Source: Tubiluchus corallicola
Taxonomy: Eukaryota > Animalia > Priapulida
Length of the DNA stretch: 64,000 bases
NCBI GenBank assembly: GCA_030141605.1
Contig: JAQGDQ010000274.1
Span: 1 to 64,000, forward strand
Direction: 5' to 3'
Shown: in pieces, positions 24,115 through 39,100 of the stretch
How positions within the stretch are numbered: position 1 is the stretch's first letter
Layout: each line of letters opens with the position of its first letter
Position numbers and translations under genes: made by a program
The notes under the pieces: model-generated
The model's database searches: none
Seen by the model: the letters and a program-made list of their open reading frames with translations, nothing else
Told to the model about the DNA's origin: nothing

Positions 24115-27100
24115 ATGGATATAAGCGCTTCGTTTATAGGCGTAGGAAAAGGTGAAGCTAATTTGAAATCGGTGACTAGCGATTATTTTCTAGTTCATTG
24201 CGAGAAATGTTTCTAGTGCATCAAGTCATTGCGAGAAATATCAGAAGATTGTAGTATGAAGGATATGTAGCATATTGTAGTATGCTAGTTTTTACCACTG
24301 ATAAGCAGACTTGTCTCTACTTCACAGCCTTCACTCAGTTTGATGAATTCGGAACTTACTATACGTGTTTATAGTACATGAATTACATTATAGGCCTGCT
24401 ACTAGCATGGCTTTTTATCGTCGTTGTAATGAAACTGTCGCGAATAAAATGTCAAGTTAATTTGGAATACGGGATCACAATCTTTTACCGAAAGTGAACC
24501 AAATTTTCTTGTAATTCCAATTGAAAAGAATTATTGGCTCTGTAATGTTTCATCATTTTGAGTTTTGGTGATTATTGATTTGTGTAAAATATGTTTTATT
24601 TTGAAATTTTATTATTATCAAATTTAATTTAATGGTTTTCATAATTTTCACCAAGCTGCTTTACTATGTCCAAAACAAAGCGAACTGCATGGAAAAGCAG
24701 AAATCACTAGCACATAAGCATACTCTTTTCCGGTTCCTGTTTATCGCATTTCATCTTTAACTAGTCCTCAAAAGTCTTTGACGTCTCTTTTAAGTAAATA
24801 TGGCCTGCAAACATTATCATAGACATGGTTGTGACGATCAAAATGTATGCCGTAGTTAATTTTTATGGCGCAACCAGCCACTGTGGCCCTTGGGATTGGT
24901 GTGAAGTAAACATTAAACATACGACGTCTGTCGTGTTTTACAAATTAGAAATATGTCTTGCTATTTCAATAGGAAGTGGAGATTTTTGTCTTTAAACACA
25001 CTTAAAGGTGATTCAGGAATGTAACTAAAAGTGAAATGTAGCGTTAGGTGTATTGAATCTACTTATTGAACAAAGTCGATCGTTAAGCATGCCCTGATTT
25101 TTTATGATTCCCAATCCTGATTTTAGACAATAGGGAATCACCTATGATCGGGATCGACCATCCCTTTATATGACCCGCCGCTGCGCCTTTTGATGTACCT
25201 GCCGCTGCCCCTTTTGATGTTAAACTAATTGGAGAAAATAAATGTTTTATGTCTATGTCTATGTTGATCGGTAAGTCTACCAATAAAATTTACCAGCCCT
25301 GAAGAAAGTGTGTCATTTTAATTTTGGTTAGAATCACATATAGAAACATCCACATGTACTTCTTAGCTGCTAACAATGTTACCTTAATTTGTTTAAAAGC
25401 AAAATCGGTTTCAATTCAGCTCGATCTTCCGAAATTTACTAAAGAGCAAACTCAGTTCGTTTCGGTTTTACAACAACGGGAAAATTCGGCTTCTGTTCTG
25501 TTCGGTTTACTCATATGATCACATTTTGATTTGGTCATTTTACCATTTCGTATTTCCCTACTCCACAACTATACTTACATTCATGAATTTTTTGCTAATT
25601 GGGATAAGTAACTGTTTATTTTCGTGACTACAAAATTTACATAAAATTACAAACCATTTTTTTTAATTTAGGCTATGAAGAAACCAACTGTGGAAATGCA
25701 ATGAACGAAAATGGCTCAGGAGATGGATCAGATATATCCAGCAACGTGGGACATCAAACCATGTAAAATATTAAATTATGTAAATCTATGAGTGATTCTT
25801 ATTGACATTAAAGCACAAGAAAACCTTTCATAAGCATACAGCTTAAAAAATTTGTCTTGCAACTTTATATCACTTACATACTGTTTTTTTACATGCAGAG
25901 CTTTGATCGGTAGTCATGCTGTATAAAACATGTAAATTTAAACTCTGTTAGATGCAGCTATTTTGACAACAGGTCATTTGAAACAAGTTTAGATAACATT
26001 GTGTAGAGTTTGAAAAAATAGTCAGAGCATTCGTAGTGCCCATGTCACTAACTAAGTAAAATTTAAATTACTGTATCTTGTCAGTATGATTAAAAATATG
26101 TTTTTGGCTAGTGAGTGGTGTGCCCTGGAGGGTGAGTCAAGTGGGCCCTCATTCGCTTTTGCACATTTAGCATTAACTTTTTTTGGTATGTTACTAAAAC
26201 AGAATGCTGTACTTAAACAAATAGCCATTTGCTATTAAACACTAATATTGAATATTAGTTTTATTTATACAAATGCTCACACATTTGCACATACATACAT
26301 GCACATAGATGTACACATGCACATGTATGCACACAATACTAGAACTTATAAACCCTGAAATTGCTTGTCAATCATTTTTATATCGTTCATTTCTTTTCTG
26401 TACCTCCTTTCAACAAATTCCTTAGTACCTTGCTTTTAACGTTTTTTTAAATAAAAATTTGTAATTTTGCGGTTAACTATGCTACTTATGGTCACATACT
26501 TCAACTGATGCCAACTTACTTTGCGAATTAATTTGTCAAATGTTATTCGTTTCAGAAATTTGACAGGAAATGATACTGAAAACAGTTTTGCAATATCTGC
26601 TGATAACGTGGATGTAGTAGTTAGTGGTAATTCTGGCACTGGAAGCAATAAGGTAAAACTTAGCTTGTAGCCTCGTTTAATGTGTGGGCTGGTAATGTAA
26701 CATTCTCTTCTCAAAATACTGAAGTTATGTTATCACTAAATGTTAAAGGCTCAGCTGCCGCTGTCGGTTGGCTCAAAATGTGGTAATACAGTCATACCTC
26801 TGTTGTCAGGCGTCTCCATACTCGTACAAATCAGTGTTTGATCAGAAAATTCGAGTTGAAATTGTCTCCGCTCTTGACCAGAATTTCGGTACTCGGCCTA
26901 ACACGTGATGAATACGTGTGGCGAGCCAAGTAGAGCCGAGCGTAGCCGACTCCCCCCTAGAGTGGTCATGCACAACATTTGAATCGCCTGACATCACTAA
27001 GTGCTTTCTGCGCTTATTTTGAGATAATTGAAGAAGTTGAGAAGTTATTGCCTGTGTTTATTAATGAGAAGCAGTTGAAAGGGGATAGTGTAAATGAAGC

Positions 27101-30100
27101 ATTTATCTGTGAAAAAGCACCAACACGTAAGGTTTTTTCATGCAGGAATAGTTATGTTTAACTTTCTAAGTAATTCTAGTATGTTTTTCTTATCAATTAT
27201 ATCATATCTACTGTTTGAATAAACATTTTTGCATTATTATCTTTCATTTTAGTAATACTTTGTAGTCCATTTGGTGTTTGAGAACGGATTATTTGCTTTT
27301 ACATTATTTCTTATGGGAATAAATGATTCGGTACTCAACCAAATAGGTTTTCAAACATTCTTTAGGAACGAATTATGGTCGAAAACAGAGGTACTACTGT
27401 ATGCGTATTTTTATACAAACCCATTGACTATAGTAATAGGCAAATTTCTATTCAATAAAAGGTCTGTTCTGTGGGATCTTGAGATTTACCATCAGTTGAG
27501 TAACCAGTTTATTTATTTAGCTTATAACTGGAATATTTTGATAATACTAAAGTGTTGTTAGTCTGTTGTCATTGGAAAGTAAGAAGATTGTGTAGGTTTC
27601 GTTCATTATCTACCAAACCTTTGGCTGGTATCGGATTGAGATTTGTTAAGGTAATTGCATTCACTTTGACTGATAATTCAATTTTATCACATCGATTATA
27701 TTGCAAATTATTGGCGATTTTGGCAATTTTAGGTCAAGGCAGTCCCAGTAGTTACTTATGACTGGGAGATGAAATGGTACTCAGGCAACCTTGTGGCCAT
27801 TCATCAATCTGAGAACTATATTGCTTACATCTTAAAAAGTGAGTTACATTTTAACTTTATAGAAGCTGTTGCCTAGTAACAGACATTTGTATTACTCACT
27901 TAGACATGAAAAGATAGCTTGTAATAGTTGCGCTTAGGAGCAGAATTTCCTTAATGCTGTGCACGAGTAAACGTCTTAAGTTTTCTTTGTTTTCTCTTCT
28001 TGTCCTTTTAACGATCTGTGCTTTTCAAAAATTTTCTTAGAAACAACGGGCACAGGAGGCATAGTGAGGATCATCAGCCGTCCCACGTCGGAACGGTTGC
28101 TGCTCAAAGGGTTTATAGGAAAAGTGTGTGACATAGCATTTGCGCACTTCGACGAACTGATACTCCTTGCGTGTGTCGATGAACCGGGGAACTTGTATGT
28201 ATATGAGATTCGAGAAGCAGATGGAACAATCACGTAAGTAAAAATGACCGTGTTTTGTAGATGTTTCAAAGCGAAAGTGAATTTTTCTGTTATGTTAAAT
28301 AAAGGGTAGATATATGTCGTGAGATTAATAGTCACTGTATTTATTCAATTCAATATCTGTAGTGTAGTTTTATTAAAAATTAATAATGATTTATTAAAAA
28401 ATTAAAAAAGTTACGTGTAGCTAGGCCTCTCCTCTGTTGCAAAATCTGCATTATTGGTTTGTTGGAAAAACTTGCACCAGGTCAACCAATTGACAAAAAT
28501 TGACAATCCTTTTAGTAGTTAACCATGTAGGCAGGCCATTTATGTGAGCTCTGTGTTTGCTATTTACATAAGTACAAAAAGTAGCATAAATTTATTACGT
28601 GAGTAGCAGTTAAAAAGAGTTACGTATGGCCAGGTCTCTTCTCTGTTGCAAAATCTGCAGTTGCACTGTGGGTTTGTTTGAAATCTTTGCATCAAGCTGC
28701 TACATTGAGGAAAGATATCAGTTTATTTAAGTTATCTACATGTTAAGACACACTTTCTACTACAGTAGGTGCCACTTAATATAACTTTGGGACCGAAGTG
28801 TTTTGACCCAATTAACCGACTGAACTTATTAACCAATGGGTGTAGTATTACTGGTATAGAATTATGAGTCATCAGCTTACTATGCACTCCAAATGTTTTT
28901 GATGAATTTTAGAAATGAAATAATGCATAAATTCCTTTATGCAGTTAAAAATTAAAAAAAATGTTTTAAAATATTAATTTAAATAAGTGAATTAGCAATA
29001 AATTAAAAGTATACAAACAAAACAGTACTTAATATGCTTGTTTCTACATATGTTATGGTGCACAAAAGCAATGTTTAGATGACATAAAAGTAGGAAAGGC
29101 TCTTTGGGCACATACAAATGCCTTATTTTAAGTAGGTGAAGGAAAAATTTTGAGTCAGTTAAGCGAAGTTATTCTGAGTCAATTACTGGTAATTTTTATA
29201 TATATTTGAATAGAAGCGGCCCGTTCCAGGCATTTTTGAGTCATTTAAGCAATTGGCTCTATTAACTGTGAGTCTATTAAGCGGCACCTACTGTATTAAA
29301 AAACAAATCTTGGGGTCTATAATTGCTACACATTGCTGGATATATCAATCAGCTCCATTAATAAGTTAAGGCGAAGTTTAAAAGTGCAAAACCTTTGACA
29401 ACCGTAACTTGTGTATGTGCAAACAGTTTCAATGTTCGTTTAAGTTTACTCTTAATGGATTTTGTAGTAATATGATGCCTAATTCGTTGTTTGAAATATT
29501 AAGAATGTTGGCAAAATGCCAACAGTTATACTTATTAGTATAGAAATCACAGTACTTAACCAGTGGTTTGAAAAAAAACCAAAAAAAAACCTGAAATTTA
29601 GTTTTAAGATTTTATTCTGAAGTGTCTACATAATCACCAAAGTTTGAAAAGCAGAAAGCCAAGTGACCAAAACTACAGTTGAAATCATTTAGGTGTGAAA
29701 GCAGGTTTAGAGATTATGTTTTCATAAAGACTGTAGAAGCCAATGAAAATTTATTCAGTAAAGAGAAACATTTAACAATTTTAACAAGAATACCTGAAGG
29801 TGGCAGCACCATGCAAGATTTAAAAAAGTATGACGAAAGTGTAAATTTAAATTTAGAGTAATTAAAATGATTCTCTTCTGTCCAACCATAAATAGGCTAA
29901 AAAAATATAAACAGCTTGTAATTCAACAGCTTTGAAAAAATGCAGACTGACTTTGTTTGCTTAAAAATAAAAGTGCGTAAATTGAAATTCAAAGACTTGC
30001 GACGGCTGCTTACATGAAATACAGTCGTCAGTACTTGATATTTTTTACCATTCTTCTCCTTTTGATCTTTTATTTTTCTCTCAATTAATGGTTAAATAAG

Positions 30101-33100
30101 TGTCTATGGTTTCAATAAGATAGGGTCTGTGGTTTGAATAAGATCAGTTACTGATCTCTAGAATAAAGACTGGAATTCTCTTCAAAAAATTGACTGAACT
30201 TCTACATGGTGGTGATTGTTTTTTTGGATCATATCCTAAATCGTATTTTAAGATAGTAATAATGTAAACCAATCTTGCTGCTTTTATAGTTTTTTCTGAT
30301 GAAATGTCTTTATTTACGTGGAGAATTTTCTTAGGTCTAATTGCATCTTAAAAGTGAATGCGTCTGCCGAGGTCATTACAGAGAAACACCGCGTCATCTG
30401 GTGTCCATACATCCCTGACGATCTTGCTTCCCCCGACGATGCGTCGGATGACGTTGGCCAATTACTCGTCCTTACACATGACGCAGTGGTAAGTAGTACG
30501 GATATATTTGTACTACATTTGTACTATATTTGTACAACATTTGTACTGCACTTGTACCTACTTTTCAACAACAGTTACTCTTTTGTTCTTTGTGGTCTTC
30601 GCTTACTACTTCTTTTTTCACGCAGGTGGAGATGTGGAGCATCGACATGGTTAGGAAACAGTACGGAGAGATTGAATTGGAGAGACATCTCGTTGACGTT
30701 GGTGTTTTGGTTATCGACGAGCATGAAGAGGTTTGCTAAATATTGCTAGCATTTGTTGTGTGGTTGATAAGGGAGTTTTTTTACTATTGTTTGCTCAATA
30801 TAAGCCATCTGCCACTCCAGCAGGGGCGAGTTTTCGTGTTTAATGAAATGGCGTTAGCTTGTACCTCTTGTAGCTTGCATCCGGATTGCATGGTTTTTTG
30901 CCAGTGCTGGGAAAATTACTCGATTGGAAAATGTTTCATTCTAAGCACATTGTTAAGTGCATATATATTGCCACCCTTATTAACTGCTAAGTCAGCCATG
31001 GTTGCTTAATTGTGAACTTGTGCTAAACCATCAGCTCATGCTATGTCTCGCCTTTACCCAATGATTAGATTAGGCCTGATGCTTATTGGTTATGGTTAGC
31101 ATCGGCAAGGGGTTAGCATGTGGTTACTGAAAATTTGTTAGTTCATTTGAATATGAGTAAATCTATCACTTAAATTTACTGTAAGCTCTTTATCCTTATT
31201 TATGAGTGAGTGATTTAGGGTTAGGGTTAGCAGTGAGTTTATGAGTGAGTGTTGGCTAATTAGATATCTTATGGAAACAGGCAAGGTTAATAACAGTCGA
31301 GTAAATTTAAATTTAAATGTGGTTGTACTGTAGATCTAAACGAAAATGTAAAATTAAAGGTTAAGAACTCATTTAAAGATTATGTTTTAAGATATCTATT
31401 ATAGCTTCTTACAATACCTTGTACTGTAATATAATTACAAGGGTATTGAAATGAGTGTGGATATTATAAAGTTGAATTTCTGTAGATATGTTACTTCACT
31501 AACATTGCATTACATGTTTTACTAACATCTTTATCTTTGTAAGCTGTATATTTTTGTGCGAAATAAACTCATAATAATAATAATAATTAAATTCATCAGT
31601 TTTTAAGCAATGTTTATCATTTCAGACTGTAACAGCTGCTGCATTTTCACCTGATGGCACAGCTTTGGCCACGGCATCTGCAAATGGGGAGGTGAAGTTT
31701 TTCCAGGTTTACATGCATGAACACGGCAGCACTCCGAGGTTAGTCATTTGTTTCTCCCGTTTTCTTCCTGAAAGTTAGTATACATAGCTACCGTTGTGCT
31801 GCACGTTGATGCGTATTAATATTTGTACTTGCATGTTAATTACTAGCAAACATTAACATATCTCCATTATTTAATTCAGTGGTTCCCAACCTTTTGTTGA
31901 CAGCGACCCCTTTCCAGAACCCTGCATCATATCACGACCCCACGAAGAATATAATCTTGGATGTTATGCTATTAAACATCTTTATCGTTCGCATTTGTTA
32001 ATTTTAACTTATTATTCAACAAATTATTGAGCAACGAGCGATTGTTTCATTAATTCATTAATGTGATGGTTGCACCTGTTTCTCAGCGACCAGTAATGCA
32101 ACAGCAATAGGTATCCAAGGTTAAATGAATAGCAACATGCTTTTGGGCGGTGTACACTGTATGCAAGTGTACAGCATGGAACAACGTGCATTTTCATTTT
32201 CCCAGAAAATCTAGCACTGGTATCGTGCATTTAGAGTTGGAAAACCCTGTTCCAATTTCCAGAACAAAATGATGTAATGAGAGACCGAGGAAACAAGACC
32301 TACTTACATACTTTTCATGAAAACAGCATTTTCTAAAAATAGTTTTTGGACTAGCCCACGACCCCACGAAAAGGGCTCGGCGACCCCAACGTTGGGAACC
32401 CGTGGTTTAATACGTGAAATAGATTTTATGTACTATAGAAGCAATAATATTAAATCAAATTTTTTTGACGTACCTAATCACTTTTATAGATTCTTTACCA
32501 TTAGACTAGCAATTTGGCAAATATTTTTTCTTTAAATAAATGCAACAGCATCTGTTGCTGTGATTTTTTTTATTTAAATTCACTGTTTAATGTTTTTATG
32601 ACATTAATTTGTGATATATCTTTAATATTTATAGGTGTTTACACAAATGGAGTCCGCATAATGGGAAACCTCTGTCTTCGTTATTTTTCCTGGACAATCA
32701 TAAAAACCCGAGTTTGGAGTGAGTTGATACTTTTTTATCGTCTAAAATGGTTAGCAAACTTATCACCAACTAGTACACAATATATGATGCGCTTGTAAAG
32801 TACTAGTGCAGTAGTAATATTAGCCACCTGTGTTCAGTTGTTCGTCTCTTTGATAGATCTACTCTGCCAGTTCATCCTCTTACTTTGGAGTGTTGCTTTT
32901 AAGTCTTAATCTTGATAATGAGTGAGGAAAACAAAACATGGGATCAAGACGGTGGTGAGAACTAAACTGGCCGTGCACGTACACATTCACAGGTTTCATT
33001 TGTGGAAGGTACTTGGCACAGTAAGGGGGTTCTGGTCAACAGGTGGAGCCACCACCTCTGCAGTTTGACCTTTTTAATGCGTAGAGTTTTAATATTATTT

Positions 33101-36100
33101 TTAGTGTACAGTTTTGGAAGGTGTTTGACAAAATAAGGGGGTTCTGGTCAACAGGTGGAGCCACCACCTCTGCAGTTTGACCTTTTTAATGCGTAGAGTT
33201 TTAATATTATTTTTAGTGTACAGTTTTGGAAGGTGTTTGACACAATAAGGCGGTTCTGGTCAACAGATGGAGCCACCATTTCTGCAGTTTGATCTTTTTA
33301 ATGCGTAGAGTTTTAATATTATTTTTAGTGTACAGTTTTGGAAGGTGTTTGACACAGTAAAGGGGTTCTGGTCAACAGGTGGAGCCACCGCCTCTGCAGT
33401 TTAGCCTTTTTAATGCATATAGTTTTAATATTATTTTTAGTGTACAGTTTTGAAGGTGTTTGAAACAATAAAGGGGTTCTGGTCAACAGGTGGAGCCACC
33501 ACCTCTGCAGTTTGATCGTTTTAATGAGTAGTGTTTTAATATATTTTTAGTGTACAGTTTTGGAAGTATGCAGTAACCGGAGCTTCTAACAACACGGAAG
33601 TAAAAGTCTGGAGCTGCGAAACTTGGACGTGTCTTCAAACCATACGGTAAATAAACTAATTTAAATTGAGTAGCGTTTAAAATTTTCTTTTCTAATTGTG
33701 TTTAATATAAATGGTGTGATGAAATCATTAATATGATAATACGATTGTGATTTGAACGTGAGGCGTAAGAAATGTCATTCCTAAATGCTTATACTGCTTA
33801 TCTGCATTCATATACATTAATCTCTTTCTATTAATCAAGTAAATGTAGGAAGTAAATTATTATCCATTTTAATTGTTTTTGATGACTGACTGATCTGTGA
33901 TTCTGTACGTCTTAGATTTCTGCCTCCACTAGGCGGATTAGCTCCGCAACTTCAAGCTTTCATGGATCTGAGTGCCACTTACTTGCTAATGTCTGACATA
34001 AGCAGAAAGGCAAGTTTTTACCTTTTGCTTTACTTTACCAATAGGCAAGTTTTTACCTTTTGCTTTACTTTACCAACAGGCAGTAGTTGATATATATATA
34101 TATTAGGCTCTAATGTTACATAGAAAATAGCAGTTTTCTAATTTTTTGATCAAAGTATTATCGGATTTAATCAACCAAACCTTCAGACGATGGTGATCGT
34201 TTCAGTTCGTCATAGGACATCGGCTTCATTTTCATAATTATAACCGATTAATCAAATGAGAACTCGATTTTAATCAGTTTCATGTACGAAAAATTAGTAA
34301 TTTTTAAATTTTTTATAAATAACTCGTTGAGAATTACGGGTTTGTTACCGTACCCGTTGTTGTTTATTTTGTTACTTTGGTGTTTACAAAACTGTTGTTG
34401 ATGTTAATATGCGTATATTAAATATACTTTTATATTATATTAAGTATATTAAATATACTTTTTATATAGTGTATTTTACACTATATAAAAAATAAATAAA
34501 CATTTTTATTTTTATTTTAAAAAATGTACAAAGACAACTTGCTCATCGCGTTGTGAAACCTTTGCACCATAGCAGCATCGCCAGTGCGATATGTTACTAC
34601 GAAAAAGTAGTGCCACATTGTTTCACCACGTTGTGAAATCTTTGTACCATAGCAGTGTCGCCAATGCGATATGTAACTACGAAAAAGAACCTTTGCACCA
34701 TGGCAGCATCGCCAGTGTGATATGTTACTACGAAAAAGTAGTGCCACCTTGTTTCACCACGTTGTGAAACCTTTGCACCATAGCAGTGTCGCCAGGGCGA
34801 TATGTTACTACGAAAAAGTAGTGCCACATTGTTTCACCACGTTGTGAAACCTTTGCACCACAGCAGTGTCGCCAGGGCGATATGTTACTACGAAAAAGTA
34901 GTGCCACATTGTTTCACCATGTTGTGAAACCTTTGCACTATAGCAGTGTCGCCAGGGCGATATGTTACTACGAAAAGGGAGTGCCACAATTTCATGTCAA
35001 CGATGGTTATGTTTATTTAACAAGTTTTGTAGTTTTTCTGAAAAAAAAGTGCAAATTTCACTGGCAGTCGATGAATCGATAGGAAATAGAAGCCCAGATT
35101 GATTTTAATGCATTAGATCAGCAAATCGATCCCACCACTAACTTCACTACTGTTATTTTGTAATAAGTAGTTAGTTAGTATTAATGTTGCAGAGCAAATT
35201 TGTTGGCATTTTGAATTTAGCCTTACGGTTTGGTTGATACTAAATAATTACCAGTAAGCGACTGTATTAACTTGGTATTGACTGTTCATTTGTGCTGCAG
35301 GTGTTGTACATTCTCCAGCTACGTCAAGGTCAGGGAGCCCGCATCGGTTGCATCAGCGAATTCGTGCTGGCTCAACCTCTGCTTAGTCTGGCCGTACTCA
35401 GAGCGAATAGGCGGCGCTTCAAGAAGTCCATCGAGAACGGCAATTTGGACGAAATCGCTTCGGGAACGGAAGAAACCGGAGGTGAGAGCCTCGTATTTCA
35501 GGGATACATCTTGTTGTTTAGCCTTGGCCAAAATTTCGCTGTAAACTCTTGGGTCAAAACCATCCTTGTCTGACTTCGGATGCTAAATCGTAAAATGTGT
35601 ATTCAGATGAATGAACTAAGCCGAGCTGTGCTTAAACATTTCCAAGCGTCTGTCACTCTAGGTCACTTCTTTACATTGTGCATTAAAAGAGCAATGAATT
35701 TTTAAATTTTGTATCTCTAATTATTAATTCCCTGTTCATTGTTAGCGTAAATAGTAGATTCAGTCATGGAATTCTATTTTCTTGGCTGATTGCGCGAATG
35801 CCTTTAGATAGGAATTTATTATACTAAATTTAATAATAATTATTGAATATTTAAAACGTATTAACATTAAAACTGGACAAATGCATTTTACATATATATA
35901 TAATATATTAATGCATAAATAGTACATACACAATAGGCTGTTATAAATAAAACTAAGATCATAAAACATGTATATAAAAATCAGCCATATTTAAATCCAC
36001 ATTAAATTTCTAATAAATTAACAAGGTTTCTTTATAAAAATAAGTCTTAAGAAATGATTTGAACTTTTGAACATTATTGATTTACGTACATGAATTGGTA

Positions 36101-39100
36101 AGTCATTCCATAATTTTGGTGCCACTGTGCTAAAGCTATGAGAACCGTATGTGACTAGATTATGAAATCGGTTTCAAATTTGTTGATGTGAACGGCCTCG
36201 TGTGGACTGCTAGATAGCGAAATAAAAATCCCTGCTTTTTAACCTACCTAACACAAAAGCGATACCTGCCACATCTATGCATAGAACCTGCTTTTGGTCA
36301 TTCTAATACTTGGCTGTAGTAATACGGGGATGTATTTTTAATGCAACACAGGTAGTCAATCTCCCGCACATGATATTGACAGAGATGAAGAAGGTTTTAG
36401 AGATGGCATCACAAACGTCATCGGAGTGGCGGCAAAAATCTACGCCGTGTTTCCAAAAGCCCTACAGGAGCTTCACGTCCAGTTTGAGCCGGACTGGTCG
36501 TGCTTGAATGCCGCGGACAACTCTGTCGCATCCGTATCTTTGGATGAATCCAGTAAGTACTTTTGGTTGTAAACAGTACTGGGGGTATCCAAAGTGCAGC
36601 TTTGGTAATCTAGTGCGCATGATTACAATTAAAATATGTGTGTGCAAACCAAAACCATCCGTAAGTTGGCATAGGTAAAACTACGTTATGATGCTTCAAA
36701 GTAAAAAGCACCAAAAATTTGGTCAAATGTCGATTTTTGATTTTTTATAAAAACAAATGCAAAGTGTATTGGACTTTTGTATTATAGCATCAAATTATCA
36801 AGAAAATGTTCACAAATACGAAAAATCTAATTTTAATACTCCTTACCCACTTTTCTGTCTAGAAACTAGTACTCAATTGTAAAAAAACTTAGATTTTCTA
36901 ACTCGTGGAAGGAATCATTTTGCTTCGGTTTTTTTCTGTTGTCAAGCCCAGATCTTTGTCAGGAAAAGCCACCTACTGGATTTAAACGTAACTTCACTTT
37001 GCTCTTGTAAAATCCATAGCAAACACACTTTCGTATGGTTGTTAAGTGTTTTGTAGAGACTCGACAAAAAACAATGGCTAACTTTAACAGCATTTTTCTC
37101 GTGGTTATGTTTTTCACTGCATAGCCTGCACCTCAACTTCAACCTGAATTATCTCAGCTTAGCAATAACACAGAGCGATGAACTTGGTATCAAAATTATC
37201 GTCATGAAACGGAGATTCAGGATGTGTGAATAACTAGAAATGCGTAATTGCCGACTTATGGACGATTTTGCTATGCAAACACACACATAGTATTTTAATT
37301 CTGACACGTCTGTTACCGTGGTGAAGTATAAGCAACGGGCAGATTTACTGCCTTGTAATTTTTGCCCATTTCTAAAAGCTTAACTGGAAAAAAGGATAAT
37401 TCCCGCAGTGTCCCAATGTTCAAAATTTACTTCTGCACCGAAATTTTGCAAAATTGCAATTTTACAATTAAGGTGGTGATAATTATTTAGTTTTCCAGCA
37501 TGTTTTCGTCTACAGTAAAAGTCCTCGCTTAACAATTACCCATTTCGCGACGTTTTTTTAAGATAATTTTTTTACTTTCTACGTTTTTTATTTTTTACGT
37601 TCAGAGCTGTTTTTAATTTATCAATGACATTTTTACCTAATTTGTACTTAGTAAAACTGTACTTACTGTGCTATTCTGTTCTAATTCACTAATAATGTAA
37701 AACATTATAATTATGTTTATGTTTCTGCTTCTCAACCCATTGCTTTGTACTAGCCATTTGTATCAAGTTTGCTGTCTTTGCTAATTAAGTTCCAGCCATT
37801 TGTATCAAGTTTGCTCTTTTTGCTATTTAAGTGCCTCCAGACCTGGACGCAAACTTTACGCGAGGGAATTTTGCCTGCAGGCGGTACCTAGATGCAATTG
37901 TTCCAAGGTCGCCCCAGGGCTTGGCTTTTACTATACTGTGTTTAACCTCTATCTAGCTATTGGTAAAAAAATATGTCGTTTCAGGCAAGCAGAATGAAAT
38001 TAATCAGTAGTAAAATGTTTAATTTATATGATTTAAACAGAATTGATTTTTGTCTCTGGAACGTATCTCAATTCTTTTACATTATTTGATATGGAAATCT
38101 TGGCTTCGTTTAACGATATTTCACTTAACATCACATTTTGCTGGAACGCGTTAGTGTCGTTAAGCGAGGTTCTTACTGTACATTATAATGGCACATAACT
38201 TATTAATGATGACTTGAACTAGTAGCAGTGTTTTGTCGATGTTTACCGCTTGCTGGTAATTATGTTTGCAGTGTTTAAGGACGGTCTGTCTGATATAAGT
38301 ATGAGCACAGATGTACAGGCTGACGGAACAATGTCGTCTAAGATGGACATACTCCTGACACCAGAATCTTTTACAAATAACTCCGGTCCTGGGAAATTAC
38401 GCGAAAGTGGTACCATGTATATGAATTCTTCACACAGCGCAGGGTCGCCACGTAATTCACATGAACAGTGAGTAATTCTCTACGGAAAATTTATTCCGTA
38501 TTTTTTTAGTAAAAACTCGAGAAGTGTCAAGCAAATTGTTCTCTTCAGCCAAAAATATGTATAATAATTCGTTGTCGTCTTTGTTTGTTTTGTTGACGTG
38601 AATAAACCATTGAAATAAAAAAGATTGAAAACTAACTGTGGGTCTTACCCATGGTACCCTGCTACCATGAGCACTAGATTAGTCTAAAAAGACAGTAAAA
38701 GACACTGACAAAATTACTGATCTACACTTATAGTCGGCGCCGCTTAATAGGCTCACGGTTAATAGACTCAACCGCTTAATTAACTCAAAAATGCCTGGGA
38801 CGGGCCACTTCTTTTCAAATGTACATAAAAATTGTCGGTAATTGACTCAAATAACTTCTCATAACTGACGTAATATTTTTCCTTCACGTACTTAAAATAA
38901 GACATTTGTATGTGCTGAAAGAACCTTTCCTACTTTTATGTCATCTAAACTTCGCCTTTGTGCACTATAATGTATGTAGAAACAAGCATGTTAAGTACTG
39001 TTTTGTTTGTATACCTTTAATTTATTGCTAATTCACTTATATAAATTGATATTTTAACATATTTTTTGCTTCACAATGCTTCAATAAGACACTTTCGTGT

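Noticed and set aside
33009-33566. CRISPR-like regularly spaced repeats
   Set aside because: Whole units repeat with no unique spacers; eukaryotic intron and no cas genes. The same applies to arrays at 11764, 34545, 52942 and 57161.
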